Source: Tricharina praecox
Lineage: Eukaryota
Assembly (NCBI RefSeq): GCF_024521635.1
Contig: NW_026250416.1
Location: 186,001 to 250,000 of the forward strand
Direction: 5' to 3'
DNA: 64,000 bases
The position numbers and the translations under genes are program-made. Below are positions 23,433 through 35,155 of the stretch, in pieces (the stretch's first letter is position 1; every line of letters starts with the position of its first letter). The notes beneath the pieces were generated by a model, which was given only the letters and a program-made list of their open reading frames with translations, was not told the origin of the DNA and searched no databases.

Positions 23433-25089
23433 TGGCATGCACACCAGCACGAACTTTATCCCCTGCGACGACGTCGGATCAAGAAGCCATCACACAGCTC
23501 GAAGTACATACTCACACTCCTCCACCCCCCCTTAATCCGCGCGCCACTAACGCGTGGCATCGCAACAACAGAAGGACTTTCCAAAACTTGATGGTGCACT
23601 AATTGCACCCATCTACTATGACACGCGCTGCGTTGCTACCGCGCGCGCGACGCTAGAGATCTTGTATGTCACCATCGACGACGAAGCGAGCAGCGGCGGG
23701 AGTGGTGGGATCTCGCCAGCAAATAGCTGTCCCGAGTGGGGAGAGGGCGGCGGAGATTGGACGAGTGAGTCGGACCCGACTACTGGCTCATTAGCGAGTT
23801 TGAATCTGGGGTTCGACGAAGAGGAAGAGGAGGAAGAGGAAGAGGGGGATGTGGGGCATTTGAGAATGATGTTTCCGACCATGAGCAGGTTCTCGCTCGA
23901 GAATGCGCTTCGAAAGGCTAGTGGCGATCTCGAGCGCGCGACCGATGAACTGCTGAATCGTGTGTCTCTCGAGGAGGATGGGGAGACGGGGAAGGGGATC
24001 GATGGGTTCGGCGAGGAGGTGATGTTCCAACGGAAGAAGCGGAAGGGGAAGGGAAGAGCGACGGCGCCGGGTCTGCAGAGAAGGATGAGTCTCCCACCGG
24101 AGGGTACGGAGAATACTCCTGTCGCACAGAGGGTGTCTGTTTGGGACAAGAAGAACGAGGAGATCGGATATATCTCCACATGCCTGGGGATACCGAAGAC
24201 CGTAGTGGCTTCCACCCATCATGCGAATGGGGGCTCGGTGCCCCGGACGATAGCGACGCTGTTGGATGCGCACGGAGGGGAGGCTGTGGCTGATGGAGAG
24301 GAGCACCTGGCCGAGTTGAACGAGTTGGTGCAGGAGTTCGGCGGCGAAGTCAAGGCCGAGTACCTCGATCGGTTGTTACGGCTATGCAAGGACAACAAGA
24401 TTGCCGTCTTCCAGTTTGGCGAGCAGCTCCGGCGGGGATCGCTCGCAGTACTCGGGCTGCGTCAAGTCTCGGCCGCCTCGTCACCGCGCAAGCCTGCCCC
24501 TGCAAGATCTGGGCCCACAAGACTTACCCACGATGATGGCTCGACCTGGACGGTAATTGGCACATCTCTGCAGGCAACCCAAGCTACCTCTCCCACCTAC
24601 CACCGGCCACTCAACTACGCCACATCAGCACAGCTAGCCGGAGTCTACCGCCACGCCCGCAACGAGGCGTTCCAAAAAGCGGCTGCATCCCACCGTCGGT
24701 CGAAATCCGACAGGCTCATGGGGGGAGTGGCGGCCGTTTACGCCGACCAAGGGCACGAGTACCACGCGCGCACGAAGGAGTACGAAAACCGTGCTGCCGA
24801 GCAGTATGTCATTGAGAACAGTGGCGATGGCGTGCTCGATTTGCACGGTGTTACGGTGTCGCAGGCGGTTAAAATCGCCAATGAGAGGACGACGCGGTGG
24901 TGGGCCGAGGCGCAGCCCGATGCCTACGGTCGTGGGTTCCAGCCCTTCCGTATCGTCACCGGAATGGGCCGGCACAGTGCCAATGGCGAGGCGAAGCTAA
25001 CGCCGGCTGTCAGCAAGATGCTGCAGCGCGGGGGATGGAAAATCGGCGTTGGGCGCGGTGAGATCCTTGTCTATGGAGTTCAGAAATAA
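23433..25089 (+). CDS. CUE2: CUE + Smr domain endonuclease (Cue2/N4BP2-like)
   Basis: CUE-like LRMMFPT...ASGDLERATDELLN, DUF1771-like helix and Smr domain (LDLHGVTVSQA...RIVTGMGRHS). First exon 23433-23504 joined through GTACAT...ACTAAC...CAG. Confidence 0.8.
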
Positions 25090-25619
25090 TGATGCGGTAT
25101 CGAATGAGTAATGTTTGTGTTCTCTCTTTTATTCATTCATTTGGACGCCTATCTTCCGTCAGCGGATATCTTATTTGTTTAAGTTGATTATGCGGGATTT
25201 CTGCTATGTTGTGGGCGATTTGTTGCTATCTAGATCTGTAGACTGGCAGATGAAGCTGGAGTTCGGTGATGCTCATCTCGTTACTGGGCGTTTACGTACC
25301 TAGAGTAGAGTAGAATGTTTTTTATTAGCAGGTTCTTCATATAGCCAGCTGGCTGGCTGGGGGTAGTTAGTTGGGACGTTGGACATCTGCTTGATATGTT
25401 ATACATACATCTAGAATCCTGGCTGTGGGGTTATGTAGCAGAAGAAGAAGAGAATCGGGGTTATGATAGGCGTTACGATTGCGGGGTGTGTTGTGTACCT
25501 GAGTCACCGGAAATCATCATTAGTCAAACTGCGGCTTGAAAGGTTATTTCACGACCCCGCCATAAGCACCCTCATATCCGTCCCCCACCCATGTCCGCTC
25601 AGCGACACCACACCCCACC

Positions 25620-26616
25620 ATGGCGAACTCCAAGTGCGTCCCCGCCTCCCCCTCCCTCCCCCGCTCCCACCCTCTCCCTCTCCCTCCCCCACTGACCAGC
25701 CGCAGATACGAATACGTCCGCCTCTTCGAAGACCACCGCGCGCTCCTACCCAACACGTGGACAGTGATCCGCGTGGACGGGCGGGGCTTCCACAAATTCA
25801 GTGCGCGACACGGCTTCGCGAAGCCGAACGACGCGCGCGCGCTGCAGCTCATGAATGCGGCTGCGGTCGAGGTCGTCAAGGAGCTCCCCGACGTCGTGCT
25901 CGCCTACGGCGTTAGCGACGAGTTCAGCTTCGTGCTGCGCAGGGGGAGTGGGATTTTTGAGAGGCGGGAGAGGTACGTCTAGGGGAGGGGGGAAAGGAGC
26001 GCGGGGCTAATGGTGGAAGGGGGACAGCAAGATCGTCACCCTGATCACGAGCGTATTCACCGGGTGGTACATATACCTGTGGCCGTCTTTTTTCCCCACG
26101 GCTTTATCCCCGCCCCTACCCAGCTTCGACGGGCGGGCAGTCTCGTACCCCTCCGTGCGGAACCTGCGCGACTACATTTCGTGGCGGCAGGTGGACGCGC
26201 ACATCAACAACCTGTACAACACGACGTTCTGGGCGCTGATCCAGCAGGGCGGGATGAGCGCCGCCGAGGCGGAGAAGGAGCTCGTGGGAACACTCGCAAA
26301 AGATAAACATGAAATCCTCTGGAAGAGGTTTGGGATTAATTATAACGATGAGAACGAGATGTGCAAGAAGGGCAGTGTTGTGGTCAGGGAGTATGAGAAA
26401 CCTCCTCCCCCGCTGGAGGAGGTGCAGGGGGAAGGCGAGGACAGGATGACGAAGGGTCAAAAGGAGAGGAGGAAAAAGGCTCTCAGGAAGGGGAAGGTCG
26501 TCGTCAGGTTTTGTGACGTTATTAAGGATGCGTTTTGGCAGGAGAGGCCGTGGATTTTGGGTGCCGCGGTGGAAGAGGAGCAGGAGGAGCAGGAGGAGGA
26601 AAAGGAGAAGGAATAG
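25620..26616 (+). CDS. THG1: tRNA(His) guanylyltransferase
   Basis: MANSKYEYVRLFE, VIRVDGRGFHKF, KPND, AYGVSDEFSF, FDGRAV, SWRQVDAHINNLYNT. Introns 25634-25705 and about 25973-26027. Confidence 0.96.
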
Positions 26617-27246
26617 ACGGAATGAAGAGGATTGGGTGCATCGTGTGATATCGTGTGATAGGCTGGCCGACGGGGAAACAACGTCTTTCACGAGCCCCCT
26701 TGTATTTTTACCCTTTGAATGTAATTTTCATCTGAGTTTTAATCCACAGACTTTTCTTTGTTCAATCATTGCCAATCCATAGAGTAAACTAAACCACTGG
26801 CCCTCACGTAAGAAGTATTTACGCCCCCAGGAGCGACATCTAAATTACAAGTAATCAGGGTATCATTCACCAGCACCGGCACCAGACAAACCATTACAGA
26901 CTATCAGCATGCCTCTAGAGTAGAGTAAGTAGAGGCAAAAAAAGATGCGGAGTAATAATAGCAACCACAAGACAATGAAAAAAAAAGAATCAAGACAAAG
27001 AACCCCGAGCCAACTGTAAGTAACAAAGCGCCATGTAGAAGAGTGCAATGATGGGGAAAGAAAGAAAAAAAACCACACAAACTCCTCCCAAAGCCGTAGC
27101 CAGAAAACGTCAAAGGAATAGCCAACCCAGCCCAAGTGTCCATCGCCGTTGCCACCGTCTCCAACTCCAGAGACTTATCCAACCCACTCATCATGCATCC
27201 CCATCCCCAACCCGTCCTATCCACCACCACGCCCCCATTCAATCAT

Positions 27247-28538
27247 TCAATCATCGTCGATGCAGATAACCTCCACCTGTTTCCTCACTGCCGTCGCCTC
27301 GGAATCCCTCCTGACCATCGAGCCCTGGCGCGCACTTCCGACCGAGTCCTTGCGGGCACTTGCAATCGAGCCCTGGCGGACACTCGGAAGCGACAAATCC
27401 TCCGACTTCCACTTCATTCTCCAGCTTCCGCTCTGATCGACAATGATGCTCGCCACCTCCTCGCGCATCTTCGGATCCGCGCGCAACTCCTTCAACACGT
27501 CGTCCAGGAACCCATCGACGAGCAGATCCTCGGGCCTCGCGCGCTTGTTGCAGTGCGGACACTTGTACGAATCGTCCTTCGGCGGGAGGCCGGGGCTCTC
27601 GCGGGATCGGCTGCTCATGTAATTGTCGAAATCGAAGCACTCCGGATGCGCACACGATCTTCCCCGGACCGGCGTTCCGATGAGCTGGAACGACAACGGA
27701 CAGCAGACGCCGATGGCCACCGTGCTCGAACTGATGATCATGTCGTCGTTGTCGCTCTCGTATCCGGACGAAAGCCGCCGTATAATCGCCGACTTCGATC
27801 GATCGGGGTCGATGTAACGCTCTTCGAATATCCGGGACTTCAGCCTGCTCTCGGTGGTGCATTCGTGCAGCTCCACGCCGGCATAAAATACGGATCCAGT
27901 CGAACTGCCGTTGAGATGTACGATGCTGACAGTGTTGGTGCCCGGTTGCACGTAATTTGTGATATCGGCGGGGTAGTCCCTGCCCCAAGTTTCTTTTCGT
28001 CGAATTTCTATCCGTTTCCCGTTGATCTCGATGAAGATGTTCCTCGGCCATATCGATTCCTTGCTCATCCACTCTGTATCACTCGTCGGTTTGGACTCCC
28101 CGGACTTCGTCTGAAACTCTACACAACGCAGCTTGTATATCAAGGAACCACTGTCGACATTGCTCCGAAGTGGCGGGTCCATGAGGTTTGTTGCTGGAAC
28201 TGTTCTAGCCAGGCGGTGCTCAATATCAACCGGTAGCTGCCAGGCCCGCTTTTCACACGACGCAGATAACTCCATTAGGTTGACCGGGAAATCTATGATG
28301 CCGAAATGCAGTGGATCCGAAGTAGTTGCGGTTGAAGCCAACTCCATCTTTGGGCTCTGCAGGTGCAGCTGTAGTAAGTTTTCCTGAAGTGCCGGCAACG
28401 GCTGTAATGTGGGACGACGAGGTGGTGGTTGCAGGGCCGGCGGTGGTGCTTGCAGCTGTGCTTGCAGCTGTGCGGTCCAAGCAGCTGTCGAATTGTGGAC
28501 TTGTGGTTGGGCGTATTGCTGCCCTTGCCCTTGCAAGG

Positions 28539-28579
<41 letters not shown>

Positions 28580-31392
28580 GGTCCCTGTTGGTATTGTTGA
28601 TGTGGACCATGCGGCCCGGCAAATGCCTGTAATTGCGGAGGGTGGGCCGGATGCCAATTCTGACTTGGATGGTAAAATTCCAATGGTCGTATTTGTCGAG
28701 GTTGCTGCTGCTGCTGCTGGTAGGAGAGCTGTGAGAGGTAAAGGGAATTTTGTGTATGTTGTTGAGGGTGAGCCGGTTGCGCACGAGCTTGTAGCTGCTG
28801 CTGCTGTTGCTGCTGCTGCTGTTGCTGTTGTTGGCGCTGTTGGACCTGCTGCTGCTGCATTTGCTCACGCTGTTGCCTAGCCTGTTGCTGTAGCTGCATC
28901 AACTGTTCCCGCTGTTGGACCTGCTGCGGCTGCTGCCGGTATTCCTCCAAGAGTTGCTGCTGCAGCTGCTGTTGCTGTTGTTGGCGTTGTTGGCGCTGTT
29001 GGATCTGTTCCGGCTGTTGCTGGTATTCGTGCAAGAGCTGCTGCTCCTGCTGCCGGGTTTGCTGCAGCTGTTGCTCACGCTGTTGCCGAGCCTGTTGCTG
29101 TATCTGCAACAACTGTTCCTGCCGGAGTTGCTGCTGCTGCTGTTGCGTCCGGAGCGCAAACTCCTGCTGCAGCTGCTGCCGGAAATCATCAACCCCGATC
29201 AACTGCCGGTTCGGAGCCATTTGCGGCGGTTGTTGTTGGGGGAAATTCGGAGATTGCTGTGGGTGTAGCTGTTTTAGTGTCAGAAGTGTTGTTGACGGAA
29301 TGGAAGGAAGTATTGAGCGGATAATTACCAACGGGGTTTGTGGCGGCGAGGCTTGGTTGGCAGCAACCCGGGGTTGGGGTTGTGATCCGTTTAATCCTTG
29401 AAAGTATTCCCCCCTGGGCTGCTGTGTTCCATCCGCATTCGGAAACGTGGCAGACAACGGAGTGGGCGGCGGAGATGCGTTGCTTCCGAGAACTGGGGTT
29501 CGGTATCCGGCATTGACAAAAATGCTCGTCTCGGTTGTAGCAGGTGCTACTGTTTTGGGGATAATCCCCTTCTGCGCGGCCTCTTCCAGTAGCCCCTCCC
29601 TCCTTCGCAAAACCATCTGGCGGATGGAATAGCCAAAGAGTGCCACCAACATCGGGGAGCTGAATTTCAGAACCTTCTGCAAATCTTCGTCCGTAGGGCA
29701 GTGCAAGCGCTGGCGGCACATGCTCTGGAATTTTGCTACGGCCTGCGATGAGAATTAGACAAACACTCTCTAGTAGTGAACTGGCAGCAGATGCAATGAT
29801 TGGCACCAAACGCAAAGTTGCGGCTTCAAGGGGTAATTCACTTCAACTGCAAATCGGTGCCCAGACGGTCACTCGCCTCCCTTCCGTCTCTCGCCCACTC
29901 GCGGGTGCGGTTCCACCGTAAAAATGAAAATCAAAAGGATTCAACATACCTGGTATCCGTCCGAGAAGAAAAGTCGAGCATCCGTCAAAGCTACCATCAT
30001 TCTTGAACTCCGCTCCTCTCCAAGTTGCCATGGAAGATTCGAGAAGAACGTAAGACAAGTTTGGCTTAATGGCTGATCCTCATGGTCGGGATAGAAAGTC
30101 CGCATAAAATCCGCACCCTTTTGATGCATCGTCGTGATATTGGCATTCCGTTTTGCCTCCTCTGATGCGACTCCCACAAAACAGAGGATTTGGTGGATGA
30201 GAAGATACATCAAATCGCCTTTCAGGATGGCCTCTCTGAGAAAGAGGGCGCGGACTTTCTCCGATCTATTGAGGGGTGTACCGATGGCCGCTTGTTGCCT
30301 CGCGAAGGTTGTGAGCTTAGTGATGAAGGCATGTGATTCCTTCTTCTTTTTAGCGCCCAGAGCCTGATCTTGGCCGGGCATCACCTGGTTGGACGTTGCT
30401 GCGCCAGGAAATGTTAGGCGTAATGGTGATGGTAATGGAGACGAAGCCAGCGTGAAGACTGTACGCGGGCCGAAGGCGGTCTCGACAGCCAAACTACTAC
30501 CACCACAGCCGCCGCCACTGCTGCTGCCGGGATCAGTGTCACCGCTGGTGACAGAGTGGCCGCCGTTGGTGCTATCGCCCATTATTCCGTGTACGATTTG
30601 CGATGGTCTTCGCGACTGTGGCTGAGTAGCTTCGGACGATGACATTGCTCGTTTGAGAGGTCTTGGATCTTGAGTATCCAGGTCGTCCCCCGGTCTCTTA
30701 TGGCCGGTTTGATCCTGCAGTTGTCGATGCTCTGGTCCCGGTGGAGACTTGCTAGGTGCCGGCGAAGGCAACATGTTTTCGACTTCCACTGCACTTAAAC
30801 TTTCGCCGCAGAGGTCCACAGGTTGTTCTTGAGTACCCTCTGGCCCGGTCGGCCCGATGTTTCTATTCCTATCGGCTGCTGTGGGTCGCGGTGATGACGT
30901 CCTAATGGTATCGGCTGATATGATCCTTGGATTTGCTCCTCCAGTCGTACTGGCGACCGCTTTCTCGGCCTCGGTAGGAAGGATCTGATGGGGTGTATTT
31001 GGCGACTCTGTTGGACTCGGGCCCTTATCAGGAGTCGGCGGGTTCTTTGGCTTTTTGTGGCGACGCAGCGGCCCAGTCTGTTGCCGCACAGTCGGCGGTA
31101 CAGCACCTCCGCCGAAAACCCGCACTGCGTTGTCATTCAACATCCATGATCTTGGTTTGCCGCCGATGAATGTATTCAACGTATTATTCGCTATCGTCAC
31201 CTCGAGGTGCACTTGTCTGTAGAACTCGGAGTTAGCCATTGCTGTTCAATCGATGATTGTTTGTTGGGATAGAACTTACGAAGCTACCGTTGCCGCGCCA
31301 CTATCTTCTTGTCTAGCAGGCCGGCCGGGTTGCCCCCCGGGAGCAGGTGGGGTCCCGGTTGCAGAATTCTTTTGTTGCCACTGAGAAGTCAT
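27247..31392 (-). CDS. MIZ/SP-RING zinc-finger protein (PIAS/Zmiz-like SUMO E3 family) with a long polyQ region
   Basis: SP-RING CPLSFQLIGTPVRGRSCAHPECFD...YKCPHC...DLLVDGF, preceded by the WPRNIFIEING domain, and a terminal SIM-like VEVICIDDD. Exons 31392-31280, 31216-29950 and 29742-27247 join in frame. Confidence 0.85.
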
Positions 31393-33000
31393 CTCCAATC
31401 TCGGTCGAGGGAAAAATCTTAAGGCAAATTTTTTTTTTAATTTTTTTTCGCAAACTCCGTGGTCCACGGTCCAACGCGATCCCAAAGCCAGACGTCGAAG
31501 GAGCCGAGCAGCTGAAATAAAGAAAATCTGAGACAAGGTTGCTATGCGCCGATCCCTATCGCTTTTCCGTTAATGAGGTCGATACGCGGGATTCGCGGAG
31601 GCAATATATGGATTGACGTGGCGAATTGCCATGCAAGAAGGAGGGATACCGGTCCGATGCTACTGGGGGGGGGGGCGGGGGGAGTGGACGGCAGGTTGTT
31701 TGCGACGTGATGATGTAGATATGCAGGTCTATAAGTGGGGGGGGGACGAATTCGAAGTCCCGTGGAAGACGGCAGGTCTAAGTGTCGTGTGGCCGGTCCG
31801 GAGTGGTTGTATTTGGAGGCAGAGTCGTCTCTGAGATTGCCGCTTCGTCCTCCGCGTCGACGTCGAGCATCAACCGCCGTGCCGGGATGAAGGTTTCTTC
31901 CAGGCGGACGAGTCTTCACTCTTTGCCCTTGGACTTCCGTCCGGCCGTAGCTTTCTTGTATGGGGGGGGCTCTTTCTCTCGAGCGTTCGTCATAAACTAG
32001 AGTGTGGCAAGTATCCTGAGAGCTATGTGTGGAGAGAGGAGACGGGGGAGATCTTTCTTTCTTTTCTTTCTTTGTTGGAAGACTTCGGTAGTGCAGGTGT
32101 TATCATGAATCTTTGATTGATCTACCCTGCATGGATACGTCTAGATAGGCTGGCTCTTCTGTCTGGGATCCGTTTGGATCAAGGACTGGTCACTGATGGG
32201 GAACAGGGAGGAGAGGAGAATTTATAGGAGAAGAGGAGTGGACTGAGTGAGGTATGTATGATGTAGAGAGGGATGGAATTCGAAGGTTATGGAAGATGAA
32301 ATGGACAACACAGGGGGATGAGGGGTTAATGTACCACCAGCACTATTGCACAAAATACCCCAGTTTGGCAAGGTACTCATGGTTGAATTTGTGCACAGAC
32401 CACAACATGTTGAGGTGGAGAAGAGAAGCAATCTCTCTGATTAGATGGAAACAGAGGCTGGATGGAAACAGAGGCTGGTGCAGAGGGGGTGGTGTAGGCT
32501 CTTATGTAGTTTTTTCTTCTTTCCCCCTTGCTCTGTTTTTTGGAGTAGCCTGATCACATGGCCCGATGCCGAAGAGTCCTCAAGATAAAGCAGTCCATTC
32601 GGGCGGTGGGTTGGCGAAGAAGTAGAAGAAGAAGAAGCCAAGCGCTTCTGTTGGGCCGATAAGTAGAGAAGATGGCCGGAAATGGAAGCCAACACGACGA
32701 CCGCAAGCCGCGACATGCAGCTAGCATGGATGGACAACCAGCTGGAGTTTGGAGGGCTTACACCATTCGATTGCGTGTACGGCAACCTGGCCGATAAGGA
32801 CGGAATCGCCGAACACCGAACATGCTTCCGACAGGTCTATAAGTATCAAGCCGGATTGTCTCTCCCCCCCGTCAAACGTCTCAAGTGTCTCAACAGATGA
32901 TCGCTACGTACATTTTCTACAAGAAACCAGTCGAACGGTCACTCATTGAGACTTTGCCCACGGTTTTGGGGATTCTAGTACCTAGTAATTGTGTCTGCAG

Positions 33001-33111
33001 AGCTCACGCGCGGCGCATCGTTAAGCTCACGCTCCGCGCATCGGAGATCTAGGTATGCATACGTGGAATGTAGCGTCTTTTAAGCTCACGCTCTGCGCAT
33101 CGGAAATCTAG
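33001..33111 (+). repeat. Short dispersed direct repeat, AGCTCACGCnnnGCGCATCG, three copies
   Basis: Copies at 33001-33020, 33021-33052 and 33080-33111. The last two share TTAAGCTCACGCTCYGCGCATCGGARATCTAG. Confidence 0.8.
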
Positions 33112-35155
33112 ACAGCCTTGTATGTGGCGGCCACGGGCCGGGGGCCATGAGCCTGGGAATGGGGCGGAATGGCGACGGCAGTTTGACGGGCTCCCCGTTT
33201 CCGGATGCGTGGGTATGAGACGAGACGGGGGGGCAAAGTGCAAAGTGCAACGGAACACAGCGTGTCACCCAACTGCTGCGGGCCTACGAGTCCATGGAGT
33301 GACTGGACAATATACGGAGCAAGTTACGGGGTCTGGTTCCAGGCATGTTGAGTAAATAGGCAAGTTGCATGGAGTGTGTGTTGTCTCGTCCGATCGTCAG
33401 TGACCTCCGAGTCGCTGCTAGCGCATTAGCTACAGCTTACAGCTCACATGCCGACTCTGCTTGCCGAGTGAGAATTCGAACGGACGCCTGTCGCTCAACC
33501 GAGCCTCGTGTAACTGAGTAACTCCCGGTAACTCTGTACGTATCGTTTGAGTGGAGGGGCGTCGGGGGCGGGGGATTGGCCTGTATACTACTGGTACATG
33601 GAAGAGGTGCGTAGAGTGTACTGCGCATGCAGCAGCAGGGTACATAAATCGTGCAAGCAATCGTGCGAGCAAAATCATGCAAAGCCACAATATTCGCCAT
33701 GAAGAGTGCCACTGTTGGCTGCCACTCTACTACCTGGTGCTCTAGTACGTACCTTGTACACACATACGTGAGTGACTGAACCCCTCCCCGCACCATCGAC
33801 TCCCTCCCGACCTTCTTGCTGTCTGGCTGCTTTCTGTCAGCCCGTCTTAAGCTTTCCTCTATCTATCACATCGACCGCGGATTGCCGTGGTGTGTTTGGC
33901 CGGCCAATTATAGCCCACAGGCAACATCCATTCTGGACAGTGGACAGTGGACAGTGGGTGGTGGTGGTCACCCAATCTCTGCAAGGTGATGATGCTGCAC
34001 GCTGAGATCGGAAGGATGGGGAAGGATGGAGGGCCCGTGGATGGTGGAAGATCATACGGGCCATCCCTCCATACATCACATCCAATCCATCCATCCATTA
34101 AATAGGCAGCGATGATGCTAGCCGCAGCCAGTGAGGCGCAGATATTGTGGTGAGGAAGAAAACCCGGGCGCCCTTCGTTCGTCCCTCCGTCCGTTCTTCT
34201 CTCCGGCCTTTTCTCATTCTAAGCTCCTCCCTCTCGTTCTCACTCTCGCTTTGCGATCTCCACTTTCTTTCTCTCCTTGATACTTCTGGAACGCTGCGTC
34301 TTCTTCTTCTTCCGTTCTACATATCATACCTCTGATGCTTGGAGTCGCCATTCGACGACGACAACTAACATCTGTCATCGATCCGGTGAGATTTCACCTT
34401 GTCTTCACCTATTAAGCGCTGCGAGGTCCCACAGACTCTCTCTCGCGCGCGCCGTCGCAAACCAGATCTCTCGCTTCTGGCAGCAGCACCTGGTCCGTAC
34501 CATCAGTCCAGCCGACCTCGCCGAAGAGCGCGCGAACTCCGCAGTCGGCCGTTTGTTGTCACTGCCACTCGTTACGCCTCGCAGGCAGGCAGCTGCTTCT
34601 TGCGTTGCGTCGCATTATACAGCCGCTCAGCTAGAGTGGAGTGAAAGTACTCCACCTAAAGTACCTGCTCGCCTTGCATACCACCTTGTCGATCTGTCGT
34701 TTACGCACACCTACATACCGATAACTTCACATAAGAAGTAAGTAGAAGTACCTAATGTAAGGCAGTTGGCCGGGCGACAGACGTGGAGGGGCTTTCACTC
34801 AGTCGCTTCCCTCATCCTCATCCACTACCATCCCCCCCACCTCCCCGCCCCCTCCCCGAAAGGAAGAGCAGAGAGAAAGAGATAAAAAGAGAGGACATCG
34901 CGTCCAGGTCGCACAAGCAGTTCATACGAGTTGCCGTTCCGTTCCGTGTAGGGGCGAAGCGAAGAGAGAGAGAAAGAGAAAGAGTACGGGCGGGAGAGAG
35001 GAGAGAGAGACGAGGGACGACAGAGTCATTGCGACGTGTGGCCGTCAGCAGGCTAATTGCAGACATTATCCGCGCAGTTGCCCCGCTCAACGCCGCCTTC
35101 GTAACCTTAACTACTCCCCACGCCACCGAATTACCACCACGGAAAGGGCGAAAAC

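Noticed and set aside
27136..28236. 366-aa plus-strand ORF
   Set aside because: Antisense to the SP-RING coding region with no independent motif.
33001..33111. CRISPR-like repeat-spacer pattern
   Set aside because: Only two long copies with irregular spacing, a eukaryotic context and no cas genes.
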